Made by a program: the position numbers and the translations under genes
Part shown: piece by piece, positions 27,848 to 35,101 of the stretch
Numbering within the stretch: position 1 is the stretch's first letter
How the letters are laid out: every line of letters begins with the position of its first letter
Notes under the pieces: model-generated
Told to the model about the DNA's origin: nothing
What the model saw: only the letters and a program-made list of their open reading frames with translations
Database searches by the model: none
From: Candidatus Ozemobacteraceae bacterium
Lineage (GTDB): Bacteria > Muiribacteriota > Ozemobacteria > Ozemobacterales > Ozemobacteraceae
Direction: 5' to 3'
Length of the DNA stretch: 64,000 nucleotides
Assembly: GCA_965140445.1 (NCBI GenBank)
Contig: OZ223236.1
Coordinates: forward strand, 192,001-256,000

Positions 27848-29244
27848 AATTTTTTATCTATCTCTTCATCAAAAAGAAAAAGAATCTGTTCCATTACATA
27901 GAATAAAACATACAGACTGAGTCCAGCAAGTACTATTACACCTAAACTCATTAGTAAGCCACCCATAAATGAAAGTTCAGTCAAATTTGTTACTAAAACC
28001 ATCCCCCAGGACGGATTGCTTCTGAAATTAAAATCCTTAAGTGGGAAATGATAAAAAATAGAATCGCGACCATTTTCATTCCTCACCAATGCCCCCGATT
28101 TACCTTCAAGAGCTTTAAAAACAGCTGGATTTGAAAGTTTCATGTTTACCTGATTAACGATCATTTTCCGATCTGCATAGCCAATAACAATTCCATCTTC
28201 ATCTACAACAAGGAGACTTTGGCCCTTTTTTGAGCTAATCTTTTTCGAGATTTCACTTAAAAAGGCCAAATCCACTCTCGCAACTAATGCACCAACCGCC
28301 TCTCGATTTTGGTCCCTTATTGGAACGGCGGCTTCCCATATTGGTCGCCCCAGATTTTCATCAAAAGATACCGGGCCAGCCCAAAAAACTTTGCCACGAC
28401 GAATCGCTTTTACTGAACCAAGATTTCCAAAACTATATGGAACACTGACCTCTGAAACCTCGGCCTGCTTTTTCCCTTCAAGATTTACAATGGTTAGAGT
28501 TCTTATATAATCTCGATCGTTCATTGAAGCTGCCAGCAAATTTTCTGCTTCATGGGGAAAGCTAAGTTTCAGTTCACCGCCCAAAATGTTGTTTTCGATA
28601 AAAAGAGCAAGCCTTCCACATTTATTCTTCCATATAACTAATTTTTCTTTGATCTTTTCAATTGATTCCCGAACTGAAAAAACCGACAGTAATCCAATGC
28701 TATCAAGCCCACCAGACTCTTCCAGAGCGGTATCTTCTTCGACATCATCCGGATAGAAAATGTTTCCAAGCCCAGATTGAAAAACAATTCTTCTTCCCGC
28801 AGCAAATGGCATTTCCAGCCAATAAGCCAGATTATTTTGCCCACGCAAAGATTCATAAATAGCTTGATTAACAAATGGCCTGTAGGCATCAAGACAATCT
28901 AAAATCCAATCAAACAAATTACCAACTGCTTTACCAAATCGGGATTTTTCCGGAACGACACTCAGCCTTTGAAATTTCTTTACCGGTGGCATCTTAGAGA
29001 TAATTTCCAGGGAATTCCTTACTGCATTTACCGAGCTTGAAATTTCTCCCTGGATGAGAGAAAGAGTTATTTTAGCTCCCTCAATACTTTGTTTTTTACT
29101 TTCAACTTGATTTTGATGCATCCACAGCACTGACGCCCCGGAAATAACTACAAACAAAACTCCGAAAACAAGCTTTACAAAAAGCTTGCATAGAGATTTT
29201 GAAAAAAAACTTATTTTTTTTTCATTTTTTACTAATGTTTCCAT
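27844..29244 (-). CDS. Two-TM membrane protein with Cache-like sensor domain and no cytoplasmic output domain
   Basis: AAVPIRD...VGALVARVDL..LSEI, LVVDEDGIVIGY, WGMVL; ends about 15 aa after TM2. Confidence 0.7.
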   Translation of the reverse strand: METLVKNEKKISFFSKSLCKLFVKLVFGVLFVVISGASVLWMHQNQVESKKQSIEGAKITLSLIQGEISSSVNAVRNSLEIISKMPPVKKFQRLSVVPEKSRFGKAVGNLFDWILDCLDAYRPFVNQAIYESLRGQNNLAYWLEMPFAAGRRIVFQSGLGNIFYPDDVEEDTALEESGGLDSIGLLSVFSVRESIEKIKEKLVIWKNKCGRLALFIENNILGGELKLSFPHEAENLLAASMNDRDYIRTLTIVNLEGKKQAEVSEVSVPYSFGNLGSVKAIRRGKVFWAGPVSFDENLGRPIWEAAVPIRDQNREAVGALVARVDLAFLSEISKKISSKKGQSLLVVDEDGIVIGYADRKMIVNQVNMKLSNPAVFKALEGKSGALVRNENGRDSIFYHFPLKDFNFRSNPSWGMVLVTNLTELSFMGGLLMSLGVIVLAGLSLYVLFYVMEQILFLFDEEIDKKL

Positions 29245-29260
29245 AAAAAAATGTCGATGT
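29233..29260 (+). promoter_or_regulatory. Possible sigma28-type promoter of microprotein gene
   Basis: TAATGTTT-N12-GTCGATGT. Confidence 0.35.
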
Positions 29261-29303
29261 ATTAACTAGAACAGGAAAATTATAACTCATCAGGAGGCCC
29301 AAA

Positions 29304-29438
29304 ATGTTGTGTCCACAGTGCAGCGCGCCAATGACAAGAAAATCCCACAATGGTCGACAGACTCCTTACTTCACTCTCAACTGCAACCACTGCAAATTCG
29401 TTATCTTTTACAGAGGTCAGTTCCATACCGAAGAGTAG
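29304..29438 (+). CDS. 44-aa zinc-ribbon microprotein (not in ORF track)
   Basis: AGGAGG RBS 6 nt before ATG; MLCPQCSAPMTRKSHNGRQTPYFTLNCNHCKFVIFYRGQFHTEE with two CxxC. Confidence 0.75.
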   Translation: MLCPQCSAPMTRKSHNGRQTPYFTLNCNHCKFVIFYRGQFHTEE

Positions 29439-29636
29439 TTTATCATCAAGATAGAATAACTAAACATAAAGCAGGTACAATCCTATATTAACGGGCATTT
29501 AAAATCAACCTAAACTACCTGCACAGCAGATTTAACCTATCTGCAAACAGTATTTTTCCCTTTTGGGAAACGATTGTGTGCCAGTTCCAGTTGTGTTAGA
29601 CTTACGCGGCAATTTTAGTTCGTAAAACTGGAGCTG

Positions 29637-30521
29637 GTGATGAAAAAGAACCCACATAGAATTCTGGATATTTTCTACATAGTTTTTGGCGCATTCGCTT
29701 GCGCATTTGGCCTTGTGGCGTTCACGATCCCAAACAAAATTGCTACGGGCGGTTTAAATGGGATAGCAACCATTCTCTTTTACTCAATAAACTTTCCAGT
29801 TGGTGCCACTATTTTAATAGGCAATCTTTTTCTTGTTGCCCTCCAGACTAAAGTAATTGGAAAAAAATCTGCCTGGAAAACCATTTTATCGATAATTTTC
29901 ACGTCTCTTTTTATTGAAGTTCTTATGAACCTCATAAAGCTTCCGCCTCTCACCACAAATCCTGTATTAGCCTGCCTTTATGGAGGAATTCTAATCGGAG
30001 CCGGTGTTGGTTTTACATTTAGAGCAGGCGGAACAACTGGTGGAATAGACATAATAAGCCAGATCTTAAACCATAAATTTCATTTTCCCATTGGAGAAAT
30101 AAATCTAATTTTGAATTGTTTTGTCGCAATTGGAGCAGGGTTTGCTTTTGGACCAGAACTAGCTCTTTACGGACTTCTAACTCTATTTTTCAGCAGCAAG
30201 GTTATCGACACGGTCATCGAAGGTATTGCAGTAAATAGAAATGTTCTCATAATTTCACAGCACTCTGATGAAATTGGTTGGGCCATAATAGAAGATCTGC
30301 ACCGAGGAGTAACCTGCTTAAACGGGTATGGCGTCTATTCTGCCAGACCAACCAACATCCTTATGACCGCCATCAGACGAAGAGAACTTCCCATATTACG
30401 CAGAATAGTTCATTCATTTGACCCAAACGCATTTTTAATTGTTGGAGACGCCAGACAGGTTCTGGGACGCGGTTTTAAAACGCTAACAGATGAGTTAAAA
30501 ATAGAAGAAGATGATAAATAG
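29637..30521 (+). CDS. YitT family membrane protein
   Basis: GGLNGIA, GGTTGGIDII, RGVT...G.G.YS, DPNAFLIV..ARQVLGRGF. Confidence 0.9.
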   Translation: MMKKNPHRILDIFYIVFGAFACAFGLVAFTIPNKIATGGLNGIATILFYSINFPVGATILIGNLFLVALQTKVIGKKSAWKTILSIIFTSLFIEVLMNLIKLPPLTTNPVLACLYGGILIGAGVGFTFRAGGTTGGIDIISQILNHKFHFPIGEINLILNCFVAIGAGFAFGPELALYGLLTLFFSSKVIDTVIEGIAVNRNVLIISQHSDEIGWAIIEDLHRGVTCLNGYGVYSARPTNILMTAIRRRELPILRRIVHSFDPNAFLIVGDARQVLGRGFKTLTDELKIEEDDK

Positions 30522-30589
30522 TTTTAACTTGGTACAAAATCAAATATACTTGTTTAGTAGACAATTATTTTGAAGATGGGATCAAATGA

Positions 30590-32545
30590 ATGACAAATAA
30601 TCCGGTAAGAATTTATACAGCAGGACTTCCAGATGGAGAGCCCTACAGTTCAGTTTTCTTTTCCGAAAGCTTTCTGAAAGTAAAATTTTCTATAGACGAA
30701 GGTATTTCTCCAGAAGAAGAGATCTCTAATGCGATCTTTCTGCTCCAAGAATCTGTTTTAACTGAAAATGTAAACGGCTTTGTAAAAATCTTTTCTCAGG
30801 TTGAAAGAAATGTTCCATTGATAATCATTGGGGAATCTTACAGCCAGGAATATCTGGAAAACCTCTTTCCGAATAGGCCATTCACCTATCTCAAATCAAA
30901 TTTAACCATTGACTCCCTCTGCCATGCAATTGATGATGCAATTCGTGGAGAAACTGTTCACATACCAATCCACGATTTCCAGGCAGAATTGGAAAACGCA
31001 AGAAACAATATCAGAGAACTCCATTCTATCGGAATTGCTCTATCAGCAGAAAATGATCTGGATAAACTCCTTGATCTTATTCTAACTAAAAGTCGCTTGA
31101 TCACCCAGGCTGATGCCGGTAGTCTTTACCTGGTTGAAGGAAAAAACTTAAGATTTAAACTCTCGCAAAATGCATCCCTGGCCTGGTCGGCAAAAGAAAA
31201 CTCACTAATTCCTATTGATTCGAGCAGTATTTCAGGTTATAGCGCTTCTGCAAAAAGCGGTGTAAACATTTTAGATGCCTATTTAACCCCTTCGAGCTTT
31301 CCTTTTACCTTTAACGCTTCATTCGATCAAACCTCCGGCTACAGAACCAAAGCAATCCTTGCCGTGCCTATGAAAAATCACCTGGGAGAGGTTCTTGGGG
31401 TAATTCAGCTGATAAATAAACGACTCGACTTTGATGAGCTGATAATTGGAGAAAAGGTAAAAGAAGAAAATCTTCTACCATTTCGTCATGAAGACACCGA
31501 ACTTCTTTCCAGTCTTGCCTCACAAGCTGCAGTAGCAATTGAGAATGTGAAACTTTATCAGGATATCAAAAACCTTTTTGAAGGATTTGTTAAAGCTTCA
31601 ATCTTCGCAATTGAATCTCGAGACCCAACCACCAAAGGTCACTCAGAAAGGGTCGCCGAGCTCTCAATTTCTCTTGCAAAAGAAATAAATCAACAAAATG
31701 ATGGCCCTTTTGCAAAAAATTATTTTAAGGAAAAGCATCTTACACAGCTTAGATACGCAAGTCTTCTCCATGATTTTGGAAAAGTTGGAGTCAGAGAAGA
31801 AGTCCTGATTAAGGCTAAAAAACTCTTTCCTCACGAACTGGAAAATTTAAAAAATAGATTTAAGTATATAAGAAAATCTATCGAAGCTGATTTCTATCAG
31901 GAATGTTTAAATTTTATTCTTGAAAACGGCGTGGATAGATTTAACATCATTCGCCCATCTCTGGAAGCAGGTTTCAGAGAAAAAATAGATCAGGTTCGCG
32001 ATACTCTGGAATTCCTTGTAAATTCAAACGAACCATCGGTATTAGAAGAAGGCAACTTTAACCGTCTCGTTGATATCGCAAAACTTCAACATTTAGACAT
32101 TAAGGGGCAAACAACTCCATTTTTGACCGAAAGAGAAATGCATGTCTTGTCTATTAGACGAGGGTCATTGTCCGAATCAGAAAGAATAGAAATTGAATCT
32201 CATGTAACTCACACATTCAATTTTCTTTCCAAAATTCCCTGGACTCAAGACTTAAAAAGAATTCCAGAAATAGCTTATGGACACCATGAAAAATTAAACG
32301 GCCGCGGTTACCCTAATCATTTGCAAGCAGACTTTATATGCTTTGAATCGCAAATGATGGCCGTGTGCGATATCTTTGATGCTCTTACAGCACAGGATCG
32401 TCCATACAAGCCCGCAGTTCCTCTAAAAAAAGCAATAGACATTCTATATTTTGATGTAAACAGCAACCACATCAACAAAGAACTTGTGGATCTTTTCGTC
32501 AAAAAAGAAGTTTATCGAAGTATTGAGGGCAGAACCTTTAAGTAA
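30590..32545 (+). CDS. GAF + HD-GYP phosphodiesterase (with helical insert)
   Basis: ADAGSLYL, ESRDPTTKGHSERV, LHDFGKVG, HHEKLNGRGYP, DIFDALTAQDRPYK. Confidence 0.92.
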   Translation: MTNNPVRIYTAGLPDGEPYSSVFFSESFLKVKFSIDEGISPEEEISNAIFLLQESVLTENVNGFVKIFSQVERNVPLIIIGESYSQEYLENLFPNRPFTYLKSNLTIDSLCHAIDDAIRGETVHIPIHDFQAELENARNNIRELHSIGIALSAENDLDKLLDLILTKSRLITQADAGSLYLVEGKNLRFKLSQNASLAWSAKENSLIPIDSSSISGYSASAKSGVNILDAYLTPSSFPFTFNASFDQTSGYRTKAILAVPMKNHLGEVLGVIQLINKRLDFDELIIGEKVKEENLLPFRHEDTELLSSLASQAAVAIENVKLYQDIKNLFEGFVKASIFAIESRDPTTKGHSERVAELSISLAKEINQQNDGPFAKNYFKEKHLTQLRYASLLHDFGKVGVREEVLIKAKKLFPHELENLKNRFKYIRKSIEADFYQECLNFILENGVDRFNIIRPSLEAGFREKIDQVRDTLEFLVNSNEPSVLEEGNFNRLVDIAKLQHLDIKGQTTPFLTEREMHVLSIRRGSLSESERIEIESHVTHTFNFLSKIPWTQDLKRIPEIAYGHHEKLNGRGYPNHLQADFICFESQMMAVCDIFDALTAQDRPYKPAVPLKKAIDILYFDVNSNHINKELVDLFVKKEVYRSIEGRTFK

Positions 32546-33472
32546 ATGACAAAGGTTCTCATTATTTCAGACATAGAAGGCTCCACTGGCTGCCAAAGTC
32601 TTGCTGCAAGTAAATTATTTACGAAAGAGTGGGCAACAGCCTGCTATCATTTAACTCAGGACATAAATTCTGTTTGCAAGAGCCTCTGGAAGGCTGGGGC
32701 CACTGAAATAACTGTAAAAGATTTTCATCGAACCGGTTACAATATTTTTCCGGAACTTCTGGACCCTAAAATCAGACTTGTACAGGGGTATTTTTCAGGG
32801 CCGGTTCTTGGAATCGGCGAAACTTATGGAGCCCAAAAGCTTATAATGCTTGGAATGCATTCAAGCTCAGGTTCTGACGGCTTTATTCCACACACCCTTA
32901 CTTCAAAATTCTCTTCAATTAAAGTAAATGGAAAAAATCTAACAGAAGCAGAGCTATTTGCTTCTTCTGTTTTTGAAACTAATATATCTCCGGTTTTTTT
33001 CTCTGGTTGCAAGATTGCATGTCAGGAAGCAATTACCAGAATTCCAGAAATTAAAACTTTCGAAATTAGTAAGCCTGTTCAACGAATTAATCAAGTCAGG
33101 ATCGAGTTAGCTGAGTCGGCAGCTGAAGCCTTTTTAAACTCTAATTCAAAACCTTTTACTATTTCTGGACCACTTTCTGTAGAAATTGAGATTAGAGATG
33201 GAACCAAAGTTGCCAGAAAACTTAGAGAGCGGTGGAATCTTAAAGGAAGCAACAACCAGATTACCTTTGAAGCCAAAACAGCCGACGAGCTTTATCGCAC
33301 TCTTACATCAATAGCCTATATGCGGCCATGGTTTATGGGTTTTCAAGATTCTGCTTTAAGAATTTTTAATCTCTGGGGCAGAGCAACTTTGCAGTTTGCA
33401 CGAAAGTTTGCAGAAAAAAAAACCGCTGCTTTAATCAAATTGATTCAAACAGCGGCTTTTTTTAAAACTTAA
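32546..33472 (+). CDS. M55 (DppA-type) D-aminopeptidase
   Basis: ISDIEG, VKDFH, LGMHS, PHTL, EAEL motifs. Confidence 0.8.
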   Translation: MTKVLIISDIEGSTGCQSLAASKLFTKEWATACYHLTQDINSVCKSLWKAGATEITVKDFHRTGYNIFPELLDPKIRLVQGYFSGPVLGIGETYGAQKLIMLGMHSSSGSDGFIPHTLTSKFSSIKVNGKNLTEAELFASSVFETNISPVFFSGCKIACQEAITRIPEIKTFEISKPVQRINQVRIELAESAAEAFLNSNSKPFTISGPLSVEIEIRDGTKVARKLRERWNLKGSNNQITFEAKTADELYRTLTSIAYMRPWFMGFQDSALRIFNLWGRATLQFARKFAEKKTAALIKLIQTAAFFKT

Positions 33473-34065
33473 CCTTCATGGAAAATAAAATCTATGCAGA
33501 GCGCGGCCGCCAAAGAGATCAATGTCATTGATGAATCTCCCTGCATTTCAATATCATAATCATCTGCTGTTGTAAAAAGCTCTTTTGCCAGGCTTGAAAC
33601 AACATGCTGAATTTTGCTGATGAGATTTCCGTTATTATCTCTGAACTCAAATCTTCTGTTCCTTAACCCGGCATTAATTTGCCCAAGTTGGTTCCCATGC
33701 TCATCGCTTACCGTAATCTTTGAGTGTAATAAACTAAAGTTTTGCTCAAAAATACATAAGACTTTTCCGTCAGCATTTCTAACCCAAAACTTGTTTTTTA
33801 AAATTGAGGTCATTAAAGAAGCCGGTCTCTCAACTTCCAGAATTTTTTCTCCACCTGGCAGACATAGCTCTATATTTAAAGGCAAAAAGCCTTTATCCAG
33901 AAAAAGCTTTGCAAACTTGACCCCGACAGATGCCACCTCCTGGGCTGAAGCAAGAACCTGTCCATTTTCACAATCTTTTATTTGATAAGATTCACTTAAG
34001 CTGGTTGCACCCACAGCTTCATGAATTCTAAGTTTTTTCTTATAAATCAGATTATTCAATTTCAA
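33469..34065 (-). CDS. Scramblase/LURP-one (Tubby-C-like) protein
   Basis: Repeating beta hairpins, ELFTTADDY, C-terminal AAALCIDFIFHE. Confidence 0.8.
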   Translation of the reverse strand: MKLNNLIYKKKLRIHEAVGATSLSESYQIKDCENGQVLASAQEVASVGVKFAKLFLDKGFLPLNIELCLPGGEKILEVERPASLMTSILKNKFWVRNADGKVLCIFEQNFSLLHSKITVSDEHGNQLGQINAGLRNRRFEFRDNNGNLISKIQHVVSSLAKELFTTADDYDIEMQGDSSMTLISLAAALCIDFIFHEG

Positions 34066-34070
34066 ACCCC

Positions 34071-34919
34071 TTACCAGACCCTAATGCTTTGTTCAGGAGT
34101 CCATTCGGTTGGATCAAAACCATTTTTGGCAGCCAAATCAAGCAAGTTTCCAAACAAATCCGCACTTATTGCCTTTCTAAAGGACTCTGGAGTAACTCCA
34201 GCTGCAATATTTAAATGGCATTTCTCAAAATATGTTTTAAAGGTTTCCCGGCTTTTCCTTGAAGCGACTTTCCAACCAGCGCGCAACATAAACCAGGTAT
34301 TTTGAAATTCATCAAGCGTTTGTCTTTCATCTTCAGAAAGCTGCTTAAATATTTTTTCTATCATTTCTTGAGTATTCACTCTTTGTCTTATTGTCATCTT
34401 TATTGGATCTTCTGGTGAAGCCACAAAGCCAAGATATTCAACAATCGCTTCGAACGACTGACTGGTTAATCCTTCTTTTTCCTGTCCCTTTTCAATTTCA
34501 AATTCGAAAAGCATTCTTCCAGCTTCTTTATAAAGCTTTAAATAAAGCTGAGCAGCCGGATCATGAGGAAGACTAAGAGCGCTTTCCTGAAAATCCTGTT
34601 CAAGCACTCGTTTGACCACTTCTCTTTGTCTATCATCCATAGCTGCCATCGAATCTACAAGTTCACATGCCTGAAGGAAGCTTTCCCTTTCTTCTTTTGA
34701 CATAGAAACACATTCGCTTTTTATTGACCTGAAAAAGGAATTTTTCTGCCCAACAGTCAGTCTGGTATTTAAAACGAATTCCATAAGCTTAATGTGACAA
34801 TCCACAGCGCGTTGAGTAATTGCCGGATCGCCCTTAACCACTACAACTTCAGCCTGTATGGATGAAGAAAAGAAAATTGCAAATACTAATAAAACAATAA
34901 AGAAACCAAACCTTCTCAT
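34071..34919 (-). CDS. Exported helical hypothetical protein
   Basis: Signal peptide MRRFGFF...SIQA after GGAG RBS. Confidence 0.7.
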   Translation of the reverse strand: MRRFGFFIVLLVFAIFFSSSIQAEVVVVKGDPAITQRAVDCHIKLMEFVLNTRLTVGQKNSFFRSIKSECVSMSKEERESFLQACELVDSMAAMDDRQREVVKRVLEQDFQESALSLPHDPAAQLYLKLYKEAGRMLFEFEIEKGQEKEGLTSQSFEAIVEYLGFVASPEDPIKMTIRQRVNTQEMIEKIFKQLSEDERQTLDEFQNTWFMLRAGWKVASRKSRETFKTYFEKCHLNIAAGVTPESFRKAISADLFGNLLDLAAKNGFDPTEWTPEQSIRVW

Positions 34920-35101
34920 AAACACTCCCAAATAGTTGGACTTAAAGGGATGATATCCAATTTTACAATTGTAGGTCAACCAACTAGATTTAAGAGTTGA
35001 AGTCTGTTTAATTTTAGGGCAGGTTGTGGTACATTTCTGCTATAAACAATAAAATGACTTTTTTTACAGTAAAAATTCACCAAAAATCTGAGGGTTAATT
35101 A

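Noticed and set aside
29309..29491. 60-aa GTG-start ORF in the track
   Set aside because: The overlapping frame at 29304 has better RBS spacing, an ATG and a CxxC pair
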